64,000 nt of DNA, from contig CAWJTV010000034.1 of assembly GCA_963845755.1 (NCBI GenBank), positions 416,001-480,000 on the forward strand. Reading direction: 5' to 3'. The notes below the pieces were generated by a model. That model saw nothing but the letters and a program-made list of their open reading frames with translations, was not told where the DNA came from and made no database searches. Numbering within the stretch: the first letter of the stretch is position 1; each line of letters begins with the position of its first letter. Both the position numbers and the translations under genes were made by a program. Below are positions 45,750-56,586 of this stretch, piece after piece. This stretch comes from an uncultured Planctomycetota bacterium (lineage in GTDB: Bacteria > Planctomycetota > Planctomycetia > Isosphaerales > Isosphaeraceae).

Positions 45750-46741
45750 GAACGACGCGCTTGATCGTGACGATCTCCACCCGGGACATTTTCGGCCCGA
45801 CGTTCGCGGTCCGCGTATGCTTCAGTTCCTCGACCCAGCCGTCCCTGGCGTCGATGAGGAAGTCGCACCGGTTCTCGACGTTCAACCGCTTTCACGATCG
45901 CCTCGACGTTCTTCATATCGGGGATGGGACTACCGACCTTCTCGCCGAGATTCCGCATCGTGTCGAGCATGATGCGCATCGCGGCCTCCGAATCCACGGT
46001 CTGGGTCCACGTCACCGCGGCGCGGCCCGTCTTTTCGTCGTAAGAGGTCAGCTTCAGCTTCCCTCGTCTGGGGAGCGACTCGCCGCCGAGCGGATTGGGG
46101 AGTTCATCCTTGTACTCGATCGTGCGATGCCTGGGGTAGCTCCTTCCAAGCGGGAGGAAGAACACCCCCATATCACGGAGGTAGAGCTCCTCGACCTGCT
46201 CCCTGCTGGCGAACATCGATTCGACCTGGGTTCGCACCTGGTTTATCACCGACGGTTCGATACCCAGGCGTTTCGGATCCCCGGTCATCAGCTCGAGGAT
46301 CTGCTTGCCGCGGGACTGCAGTTCCCGCCAGTTGCGCAGCCCGGTGGCGGTCGCTTGCGCGTCCAGCTCGATGAGGGCCTTCCATCCTCTCATGATGTCG
46401 GTTATCTGCCGGACGATCGGGTCCCTGGCGGTTTTCAGGTCATCCAGCTCGGTCTCCTGGATCGTCCAGCCGATGAGGTATCCGTTTTCCCCCGCTTCGA
46501 TGACCGAAATCTCGACACGGCTGCGGCTGGAGCCCTGGTGTTTCGATTTTCCCTGGGTCGTCTTCTGGATCGACTTGACCAGTTCGTAGATCCGAGTCTC
46601 GCCGGGTCTCCATCGCGGGACGATCAAGACCTCCTCCTCGAGGGCCGGATCCTCTGTCGGGGGAATCGGCCTGGGTACGGCGAGGATCCCGATCGTCACC
46701 ACGGCTGCCACCACCACGATGATCGCCAGTCGTCGCTTCAT
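45733..46741 (-). CDS. Hypothetical exported protein (frameshift near 45887)
   Basis: N-terminal anchor MKRRLAIIVVVAAVV; corrected frame ends LNVENRCDFLID...KRVVPTPSP*. Confidence 0.65.
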
Positions 46742-46754
46742 GGGCCTCGGGACC

Positions 46755-47888
46755 TCAGGGCCGAATCTCCCGGTAGAATCTCCCCATCGCCTCGACTTTG
46801 TCCCATTGCGGGTACAAGGTCCCCCAGACGAAGACCATCACGCCGCGCGACGGGGGCCGCGTGCCATGATCGAGCACGGCACGGACCTGCTCGGGTGGGA
46901 CCGTCTCGCCCCAGTCGGAGAGTTGCACGATCGGCCAGATCTGGACCCGTTCTCCGACCCCTCCCTTGATCCCGAGGGATCGGCCAAGCGTCGCGGTCTG
47001 CCGCGAGATCCAGGACGGATCGTCCGGGTGGCCGAAGCGCGCGTGGTAGGGCATGATGCTCAGGACGTCCAGGTAGCGGGCCTGGGCCTTCAGGTCGATG
47101 GCGAGCTTTTCGCGTGTCGCATGGTCGAAGTCCGACTCCGACCACGGACAGTGGAACGTGCCCAGCAGGGCACCGGGCCGTTCCTGATCGAGGATCGACC
47201 GGAATTCCCGGACCCAGTCGGTGAATACCTCGCAACGCCATCGGACCCAGGCCGGCTTCTCGGTCCCGAGCAATCGCCGGGCCCGTTCCGCCGTCGATCC
47301 CGAGAGAGCCATCCCGGTCGCTCTCGCGAACTCGGAAAGGCAGCGATCGCAGAAGCAGGTATCGGGCAGTGTGGGTTTGGCCTGCTCCCAACTGGCCTGG
47401 GCATGGTGATAGTCGAGCCAGATGCCATCGATCGGCGCGGCTCGAAGGGTCCGGCGAAAGGCGTCCATGCGATGGCGTCGGTAGGCTTCGTGCGTCGGAC
47501 AGACGCCTTGCCAGTCGTCGGGCGGCGGCGAGACCTGGCCGTCAGGCCCGATCGGCCGTGCGTCGGGATGATCCTTCAGATAACTCGCTTCGTGCATCGT
47601 GTTGAATTCGGCGAAGACCTTCACGCCGGTCGACTTCGCTTTCAGATCCGCGACCAGTTTGGGGGTGACCGAGCCCGACCCGATCCAGATCGCATTGACT
47701 CCGTAGTCTTCGAGAGTCCTGCCCCGGTCGAAGACCTGGCTGGGGATGCCTCCGTAGATGCCGCGAATCGCGATGCCGGGGCGCTTCTCCGGGGTTCCGG
47801 GTGGCTCTACGGCCTGAGCCAGTCCGCCGATGCCGAGTGCCGTCCCGATCAGAATCATCTCCAGGCGGATTGGTCGAGGACGGGGCAT
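46755..47888 (-). CDS. Secreted TIM-barrel glycoside-hydrolase-like protein (GHL10/DUF187-like)
   Basis: CPTHEAYR, IDGIWLDY, CFCDRC..F, VLSIMPYH. Confidence 0.6.
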   Translation of the reverse strand: MPRPRPIRLEMILIGTALGIGGLAQAVEPPGTPEKRPGIAIRGIYGGIPSQVFDRGRTLEDYGVNAIWIGSGSVTPKLVADLKAKSTGVKVFAEFNTMHEASYLKDHPDARPIGPDGQVSPPPDDWQGVCPTHEAYRRHRMDAFRRTLRAAPIDGIWLDYHHAQASWEQAKPTLPDTCFCDRCLSEFARATGMALSGSTAERARRLLGTEKPAWVRWRCEVFTDWVREFRSILDQERPGALLGTFHCPWSESDFDHATREKLAIDLKAQARYLDVLSIMPYHARFGHPDDPSWISRQTATLGRSLGIKGGVGERVQIWPIVQLSDWGETVPPEQVRAVLDHGTRPPSRGVMVFVWGTLYPQWDKVEAMGRFYREIRP

Positions 47889-48012
47889 CGATCGCGGTTC
47901 CTTTCCGATTCGTCGAGCACGACGTGACGACTCCCGGCCCCCCGAGCTTTCTCGAGGCGGGACGGTTGCGTTAGTATGGCCGGGTGTGCGAGACGTCACA
48001 AGAGGTGTCACC

Positions 48013-48591
48013 ATGCGAAGCGACGGGATGACTCCGCGGTTGGAACAGGCGATGCGCTGGTCCGCCGTCTGTCATCGCGGGCAGACTCGGAAGGGGAGCG
48101 ATACGCCTTACTTCGAGCACGCCGCAGCCGTGGGACTGATCCTGGACCGGGCCGGGTTCGACGAAGACGTGGTCATCGCCGGATTGCTGCACGACGTGGT
48201 CGAAGACACGCCGGCCACATTCGAGGACGTGGTCGCACGCTTCGGCCCGGTGGTGTGCGAGATCGTGCGCCAGTGCTCGGAGGTCAAGCTCGACGGGGAG
48301 GGTCGCAAGCGGCCGTGGATCGACCGCAAGCGCGACCATCTGGCGGCGCTGGTCGGTGCACCAACGGCGACCTGGGCCGTGATCCTCGCAGACAAGCTCC
48401 ACAACCTCATCTCGATCGAGCTCGACCTGGACGAGGGCCGGCCCGTCTGGTCGCAGTTCAATGCCGAGCGATCCCAGGTCCTCTGGTATTACCGCGCCAC
48501 CGTTACCGCCTGCGCGTTGGACGACCCGCGCGTCGCAGGGCTGGCCGGCGCCTGCCGCGTGGTGCTGGCCCGAATCGAGTCACGGCCGTAG
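48013..48591 (+). CDS. HD-domain protein, Mesh1/small alarmone hydrolase-like
   Basis: H.GQTRKG..TPY..H, LLHDVVEDT, ADKLHN. Confidence 0.8.
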   Translation: MRSDGMTPRLEQAMRWSAVCHRGQTRKGSDTPYFEHAAAVGLILDRAGFDEDVVIAGLLHDVVEDTPATFEDVVARFGPVVCEIVRQCSEVKLDGEGRKRPWIDRKRDHLAALVGAPTATWAVILADKLHNLISIELDLDEGRPVWSQFNAERSQVLWYYRATVTACALDDPRVAGLAGACRVVLARIESRP

Positions 48592-48597
48592 CCGGGA

Positions 48598-49789
48598 TCA
48601 CGCCTCCAGGAGCGGCAGGGGCTCGAATCGCTGACCCAGGACGGCCTCGGAAGACAGTCCCAGCCACTGGTCGAGGATCGTGCCGTAGACGCGACGGAAG
48701 TCGATCGACCATCTCAAGTCGCCGTCGACCAGGTCGCCGAGTCGAGGCGTCTGGCCGACCAGGCCGGCCCTCACCTTCGGCCCTGCGAGGAACACCGGCC
48801 CGGCTGTGCCGTGATCCGTGCCCAGAGACCCATTTTCAGCGGGCCTTCTGCCGAACTCGCTGAAGGCCAGCAGGAGCACACCGTCGGCCCGATTCGCCGT
48901 CGCCAGGTCATCGAGGAATGCTCGGATGCTCCGCGAGAACTGCCCCAGCAACTGCGATTGGGCCGGCAACTGGACCGCATGCGTGTCGTAACCCGACTGG
49001 ATCGCGTAGTAGACTCGTGCCGCCGCGCCTGCCTTGATCGAGCGAGCGATCAGCTCCAGGTGCCTGGCCAGCTCCGAGTCGGGGTAACGCGTGGCGGCTT
49101 CACCGGTTCGACCCGCGGCGGCCGAGACCTCCTCGGCGGTCGCAGTACGCGCCCGTGACCGTGCGATTGACAAACGACGCGAGATCCTCGCCGTCTGAGG
49201 AACTGCGTGCCGCATTCGCCGCGGCCGGAATCGCCAGCGACAGATCGGCCGGATCGGAGAACGACGCCGTGATGGTTCGACGCCCGCGCAAGGCGCGCGG
49301 CAAGTCGCGGTCGCCGACGAACACCGCGGAAGGCCCGGTTGTGACCCTGGTGCCGTCGAGGGCACGCCCCAGCCAGCCATGCGATTCGGGTCCCGGTTGA
49401 TCGGGCCGCGCGGTCTGCCAGATCGCCATGCTCCGGAAATGCGAGCGATCGGGGTTCGGATACCCCACGCCCTGGATGATCGCCAGCCGGCCGTCGTCAA
49501 CCATCTCGGCCGCCCGGCGCATCGAAGGATGGAGGCCGACCTGGTCCGTCAGCTTGCAGATCTTATCCGTGGCGAGTCGCAATTCGCGGCGGTGACGGGC
49601 GTATTCCTCGTCGCCGTAGGGAACCACGGTGTTGATCCCGTCGTTGCCGCCATCGAGCTGGATCACGACCAGCACCCGGCCGTCGCGATCCGCCGGCGCG
49701 GCCATTGCGGTCCGCGCGAGGAAGGCCGGCATCGTCGGTGCGAGGGAGAGTAAAGCCGAACGCTTCAAGAGGGCACGACGCGAGAGCAT
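48598..49789 (-). CDS. DUF1501 domain protein, Tat signal (frameshift near 49144)
   Basis: SRRALL, QLDGGNDGINT, NPDRSHF, GYDTH, SEFGRR, GTDHG. Confidence 0.9.
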
Positions 49790-49870
49790 GGACAAGGCTC
49801 CGTGGAAGGAATCCGGTTTCGAACTCAATCACGAATTAAGGCGAGGGGGAAAATACCGAAAATACGAAAA

Positions 49871-50062
49871 TGAACACGAAATACACGAAATGCACGATAA
49901 GGAAAGCGATCAAGCTGCCACACCTCTGATACCCCGTGCCAGGAATCCGGTCCCGCAAAGGGGTACGAGAAACGCAATGGCTCTCGATCTTGTTTGACAT
50001 CGGCATGTGACTCTCGAAGTATTTTTCTGATTTTTTCGTGTATTTCGTGTATTTCGTGTTCA
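49871..50062. repeat. AT-rich inverted repeat of ACACGAAAT units, family D copy 2
   Basis: TGAACACGAAATACACGAAATGCACGA ... TTTCGTGTATTTCGTGTATTTCGTGTTCA. Confidence 0.8.
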
Positions 50063-50087
50063 ATTCTTGTATTTTCAGGTCTTGCGC

Positions 50088-51452
50088 TCAGGTCAACTGC
50101 GCATCGGGTCGAGAGAGCAGGAGCGCCACGGCTCGGTTGGAGCGCTCGAGGGGCGTCCCGCTGGTCGAGGACGCATCCTTGAGGATCGCCTGGCATGCCT
50201 CCGGGTCGAGTCGGCGGCCGAGGAGCAGCTCGTGGAAGAATGGGAGAGCATCGTGGTTTCGACCGTACCGGGCAGCCAGTCGTTGCAAGTCCGGCACGTC
50301 ACCAGTCGATCCCGCGTGCAATCGCCCTTCGACCAGCGCGGCGGCGAAGTTGGCCCGGGCGACGACGGTCCGTCCCGACAGCCAGTTCCGGCCACCCGGC
50401 CAACCGCCTACATTGGGCGGGAAGAAGAGTTCCTGGCCCAGCCGGCGGGACCACTCGGCGAGCAGGAGCGTACTCGGCGGCGGGTTGAAGAGTTCGAGAC
50501 TCCGCACCTTGCCGACGGCGAACGCGACGGGTTCCGACACCTGGGCGTGCAGGTTCCGCGCGGAGAAGAACAACTCCGAACGGAGGATCGTCTCGACGGC
50601 AGGGCCGATATGCAGGCGATCGTTCCGCATCTGATCGGCCAGGCTCGCAATGGCGGAGTCATCGGCGACATTCTCGCCAAGGAACGTCTGGCAAAGCCGC
50701 CACGCCAGCCGTTGCGCGATCGCGGGCTGGTCCAGGAGGATATCCGCCAGCTTCTCGCCATCGAAGCGTCCCGTTGTTCCCAGGATCGTTTTGGTCCCGT
50801 CGTCGTGCCAGTGCGGGCGAAAGGTATATCGGCCCTGTGTGACAGTTCGTCCGGTGAGGGCACGTGCGGCTTCCTTGACGTCGCGCTCGGAGAAATGGCC
50901 GACACCGAGCGTGAACAGCTCCATCAGCTCGCGGGCGAGGTTCTCGTTCGGCTTCCCCTTCCGATTCGATGGGGCATCGAGCCAGGCCAGCAGGGCAGGA
51001 TCGCAGAGCATCGCTTTGACGAGATCGCCGAATGGCCCGCGGGCGTGTCGGCGAAACGTGTCGTTCTGCCGTTTCATCGCCGTGAGGTCGTCAACCTTGA
51101 GCTGGCTGGTGGCAAAGTGGTTGTGCCAGAGCAGCGTGAGCCGCTCCGCGAGCGGGTCGGGGGTGAAGAGCATCCGGTACAGCCACCAGGCCTGGAGTCG
51201 GTGGGCGTCGCTGGCGCCGGCGGCATCGCCGAGGAGATCGGCGGTCGCCGCGAAGTCGGCGGGTACGCCTTCGCTACGGCACGCGCCGTCGAGCACCCGA
51301 CTGATGGCGATCTTGGGGCCGTCGGCCAGGTCGCGCTGCAATTCGTTCCAGGTCGCGGCGAAGCCGGCGCGGCGGCGGAGCGTCCAGGCCCGGGATAGGT
51401 TCCACGGAGCGCTCGGGCTCGGACGATAGGGAAGCCACGGCGATCGGTTCAT
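50088..51452 (-). CDS. DUF1800 domain protein
   Basis: ERLTLLWHNHFATS, PNENLARELMELFTLG, ARALTG, PPNVGGW. Confidence 0.9.
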   Translation of the reverse strand: MNRSPWLPYRPSPSAPWNLSRAWTLRRRAGFAATWNELQRDLADGPKIAISRVLDGACRSEGVPADFAATADLLGDAAGASDAHRLQAWWLYRMLFTPDPLAERLTLLWHNHFATSQLKVDDLTAMKRQNDTFRRHARGPFGDLVKAMLCDPALLAWLDAPSNRKGKPNENLARELMELFTLGVGHFSERDVKEAARALTGRTVTQGRYTFRPHWHDDGTKTILGTTGRFDGEKLADILLDQPAIAQRLAWRLCQTFLGENVADDSAIASLADQMRNDRLHIGPAVETILRSELFFSARNLHAQVSEPVAFAVGKVRSLELFNPPPSTLLLAEWSRRLGQELFFPPNVGGWPGGRNWLSGRTVVARANFAAALVEGRLHAGSTGDVPDLQRLAARYGRNHDALPFFHELLLGRRLDPEACQAILKDASSTSGTPLERSNRAVALLLSRPDAQLT

Positions 51453-51491
51453 GAGTTCGGGCTCCTCGACAGGATCCCCATGTCGGTACGC

Positions 51492-54400
51492 TCAATCCTT
51501 CTTAAATTGGATGTCGCCGACGTCGGTGATTTCGCCGGGCCGCACGGCCACGTCTCGAGCGAAAGCAAAGGGGTAACCCTTGTTGCCCGCGACCCGGCTC
51601 TCCACTGCCAGGGCGTATTTGCAGCCGGTCGGCACCTGGTTCACGCTGAACTTGCCCGCCCCGTCCGAGGCCAGGCGGTCCGGCAGGCTCATGCTGAAAT
51701 CACCGCCGGGCTGCGGATCGGTCCGGATCGTGGCCCCCGAAACCGGATTGCCATCGGAATCGGTCACGCGGCCGGCGATGGTCGCCAGCGGCTCGAGCGT
51801 GACCTTCACCGGGCCATCTTTGTCGTCTACCGGCTTGATGTGGAAGATCTTGCCCAGCTTCCGTTCCTCCTGGATCACGAGCACCGTGCGATCCTCGCCG
51901 GGCGCGAGCGTCACGACGTCGAACTCCGCCTCGTGCTTCACGTTCCACTCGTGGTTTCCGCGCCCCGTCCGACCCGACAGACTCAGTCCCGTCACCGGCT
52001 TACCCGCTTGATCGATGACCCGCACGCGGACCTTCGTTCCGGGAACGAGCGCGAGGTCCAAATGAACCGTCTCCGTTCCCTCGGGCGAATTGATCTCCTT
52101 CAGGGAATTCGGCCAGTGTCTGCCAGGGTCGACCGGGTTGGCGTAGGTCGGGAAATGGCCGTTCTTGTCCATGCCCTTGATCGACTCGGAGCCGGCGCCT
52201 TGGAGATAGGGCTTCTTATTGTAGGACATCACTCCCACGAGCGCCCGACCGGGTAAGCCGACCAGCCGGTAGGAACCATCCGCCCTGGACTGGTATCGGT
52301 CCTGGATTTCGAACCCGCCTGGTACGGTTCGATTGTTGCCGAATCCCGGTGCCACCTGGGCGAAGGGGTTATCCAGGAACGGGAAGTATTTCAGCCAGCA
52401 TCCCGAGACGGGCTTTCCCGTCTCCTCGTCGGTCACTTTTCCTTCGATCCAGATGCCGCGATGCAGCGCAATCTCGAGTGAGACGGGTGCGACCCCTGGC
52501 GGGTCGGGCACGGCAACTTCTTGCATGAAGTAGGGTTGATCGTCAGCGGGCACGATGATCACGCCGTTGCCCTGGCCCTTGGGCAGACCAACCAACTCGA
52601 ATCGGCCCTGGGCATCGGTGGTGGTCTTGAGGCCCTTGGTGCCAACCCAGTTGGTCCCGGCGAAGCGATTGCTCCGGATCTCGACGTTGGCCAACGGTTG
52701 CATCGTCTTGGCGTCGCGCACGATTCCCTCCAAAGGACGTCCCGGCGAAGCGGCATAGACGAAATCGGACCCCTGGATGGTCTGAGAACCCGGACTGTAC
52801 TGGGATGAGAAGCCGGGTGCGGCGACCGGTTCCATCCGCCGCGTGACAGCCGTGATCCGTGTGTAAGCGGTCGTTGGACCCTGGATCGCCAGATCGACGA
52901 CACGCTCGGCTCCCATGCCGTCGAATCGGAATCGGCCCTGGGCGTCAGTCGTTGTTTGTGGTCGATTGTCCTCGCCCTTGATCGAAGGTTCGCTGTCCAG
53001 ATGTTTGTAGGCGATGTAGGGTTCCGCGCCCTGCTTGGCCGCCTCGATCCAGGCGTCGAGGTTCTCGCCCTTGGGCTTGGTGATCTGGTTGACCTGCACC
53101 GTGACCCCGGCGACCGGGCGGCCCTCGAGGTCGACGATCCGACCGGTGATGGGCATTGTCCGAGTCACAGCCTTGGCTTGCTCGCCCTTGGCCGTAGCCG
53201 GTGCATTCTCCGGCTCCTTGAGCGGCTTGCCGGTCGTCGCATTGAAGCTGCCCAGGTCGATCACCTGGCCCGGCTCGGTCTTCAGGTCGCGGGCCAGTAC
53301 GAACGGCTTGAATCGCTGCGGGTCCATCCTGCCTCGAGCATCGAGGCCAAGGGCCAATCGGTCGCGGGCGTGAAGGGTGTACGTCACGCCGGGGATCACG
53401 TTCTCGATCCGGAATCGGCCGCTGGTGTCGATGGGTATGGGGAACAGGATCGTTTCCGCCGGTTGCTCGCCATTCTCGTGTGCCAGATGGGGCTCGACCC
53501 CGCCGGTGACCGGCTTGCCATCCGAGTCCAGGACCCGTCCCGTGACGGTCGCGCAGGGACCGAGCACGACCGTGCGCTCGCCTCCCTTGGTCACGTCCTC
53601 GGGCCTGATGACCAGGACGGCACCGAGCTTGCGCCCGTCGTGCCGGAAGACGACCGTCCGCGACGTCTTGGCGTCGAGGCCGACGATCTGGGTCCGGCTC
53701 TGCTCGTACAGGTTGAGGTCGCCCAGGTCGATCCAGGCCGGGAACCGTCCGAAGGCTTCCACGTGGGTGATCGGCTGGCCCTGCGGGTCAACGAGCTGAA
53801 CGGTCAGGGAGGGGGTCGGCTCGACCGTCAGGTCGCGGTGGACTTCCTCGACACCCGCAGGGGGATCGATCGCGGCCAGGGACTGGAACTGGCGCGGGTG
53901 GATTCGATTGTAGGTCGGAAGACCTTCCTCCCGACCCGCGCGCTCGCGCGGCCGCTCCGGGAACGTGTCAACGCCGACACCCAGCCGGTAGGACCGGTCG
54001 AAGGTCTGGGCGGCGACGATGCCGCGACCCGGCAGGCCGGCGATGCGGAAACGGCCGTCGGTGTCGGTGCGGTAGCGGCTGCCGGTCCATTCGAGCGACA
54101 GACTGTTCGCATCGAAGTTACGGAAGTCCTTCGCGCACTCGTTGGCCAGGAACGGGTAATAATGAATGGCCGCCTGGACCGGTTGGCGGGTCTTGGAGTC
54201 CGTGACACGGCCGGTGATCCAGATGCCCCGCTTCAGCGCGATGTCGTAACGTACCGGTCCGAGCCCTGGCCCGGCGGGGACTTCCAGGAATTCGGTGATG
54301 AAATAGGGCCGCTCCAGCGGCGGATACACGCTCAACTTGTGTCCGCTCGCCTTGGGGAGGCCGACGAGGCGGTAGTGTCCCTCGGCATCGGTCGTGGTTG

Positions 54401-56569
54401 AGATCAGCCCCTGGATATCCAGCAGTGTACCAGCGAGCTGCATGGCGGTGACAATCGCGCCGGGGATCGGAGCCCTGGAATCGGTGTCACGGACGACGCC
54501 TTCAATCGGCAGGCCCGGCTCGACCACGATCGTGCAGTCGGCACCGTGGTAGCCGCGGTCGAAGAGTGGCACTGCTTCTCCACCAGGGCCTTCGACTCGT
54601 TTCATCTGTCGGGTCACAACCTGGTAGCGTCGGAATGCGATCGCCGGCCCGGAGATCGCCAATGTCGCCTGGCGGTCGCGGCCCAGGCCGGTCAGCCGGA
54701 ACCGGCCGACAGCGTCCGTGGTCACCGGAGCCGGCACCGCGGGCTCGTTCCCAGGGAGATAGCTCTCGGCCGGGAAGCCCTGGAGTTGTGACTGCTCACC
54801 GCCGGCGGGGACCGGGCCCCTGTCAACCGCCTTCAGCCACTGGTCGACGGCCTCGGCGCTCTGCGGCTTCCAGACCATGAGCACCCGGACGGAGGCCCCC
54901 GGGACCGGCCGGCCCTCCAGGTCAACAATCCGCCCATCGATCGGCGTATCGTCGCGCACGAGCCGTATTGGTTTCGCTTCGGTGACATCGCTGCCAATGG
55001 ACCCTTCCCGGACCCACACGGGACCAAAACCCGGCGCCGCGGCGACGAGCAGGGTATCCCTCCAGCGGTCCGGGCTCTCCGGGGCCTGGGGCAAGATCGA
55101 CGGGTCCGGACCTTCGTAGGTCAGCGTGAATCGGCCCTCCGCGTCGGCAACGACGCGGCCAAGTTCCTGACGGTCTCCGTGCTCTCCGTACGGGCCGATC
55201 CCCGCCGGTCGGTAGCGGGCGACCGTCACCGTTGCGCCCGGGATCGGCTTGCCGTCCGGTTCGACGACGCGTCCCTTCACCGTCTTCGGCTCCCCGCGTG
55301 GAGACGAATGGGAAGTCGTCGATGAACCATCGCCAGTCACCTTCGACTTCTCCACCTTCGGCTCGTCTCCGCGGACCTCGCGATGTCCCCCGCCGACGCC
55401 CAGAAGGGCGACCAGGAGCGTACCCGCCAGGCCGGCGGCCAGCGTCGCGGCGATGGCCCGCCAGCCGGCCTGAGTCGATAATGTCCGCGTCGAGTCGAGG
55501 ATTCGCGCGATCCGACGAGCCAGAAGCGACCGTAGCGAGATCATCCCCACGCCCGACGGGGCCAGCGGCGGCAACCGTCGCTCGGCCAGCTCGAGCAGGT
55601 GCCCGGCATATCGTCTGCGGTCGGCACCAAACTCCACCACGCAATCGTCGCAGACCTCCTCGGCCGTTTCCTCCAGCCGCTTCGACAGGAACCAGAGCAA
55701 AGGCTGAAGCCAGAAGACGGCGGTCGTACTCTGCCGCAAGACGTTCCACAACCCATCCCGGGCGCCAGGTGGGCCAGTTCGTGGACGAACGTCTCGCGCA
55801 GGTTCTCCTTGGCATCCTCAGGTAGCAGGATGGCTGGTCTACGGACTCCGTCCAGGCAGGGGCTGGACAGGAACGGGGAGCGAAGGACCGCGGGGGGAGT
55901 CAGGCGCATGCCTCGGGCGAGCTCCTGGCAGAGCACCTCGGCGTCGGGCCCGGCCGCGATCGCGGAGGATCGCAACCTCGCCATGCGACAGTGGCCGACC
56001 ACCAGCCGCGCACCCAGCGCGGCGGCGCCGACCAGCCATACCATCAGTAAGATCGAGCTCGCCCAGCCGACGAGTTCCGCATTTGCCGGCGAACGGGAGA
56101 CGGGGAGAGACATCGCCGTCGTGACATCAATCGGGGGCTCGACCGTCGGCGACAGATCGTTCGTCCGTTCCGCTCGATCCGGGGCACGCGTGAACTCGCC
56201 CGTCGGCTCGATGGGCGGGCGATCTGGCACGATCGGCAGGGCGGTCGCTTCGCGCTCGGCGATGGGCCCGAGTCGATCGCGGCCTCGATCCATGATGCCG
56301 ACGTCGGTCTCGTGGCTTTCCACTGCAACGGGGAATCGGATCAGCAGGCCGTGGAATCCCATCGCCGCCAACGCAATCGATGCGATCGGGCAGAGCAGGA
56401 TCGCGACCAGGGTCGTGCGATAGGACGCCGACTGCACGGCCGGCCCCCATCGTCGCAACGATCGACCGGCCAGGAGGCCGAGAGCCAGCAGCACGGTCGA
56501 CTGGATCAGCCAGGTCAGGATCGTGTCGATCGGGGCCGCGGCCCCGGCCGTGAGCACTCGCCAGAACAT
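51492..56569 (-). CDS. BlaR1-type M56 metallopeptidase with two carboxypeptidase-regulatory-like (beta-sandwich) modules (frameshift near 55762)
   Basis: HELAH, FWLQPLLW...EEVCDD, LARRIARIL; repeated GRVV/GRIVD.EGRPV.G and TDA.GRF motifs. Confidence 0.9.
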
Positions 56570-56586
56570 CGCCGCGCCTCCCTCTC

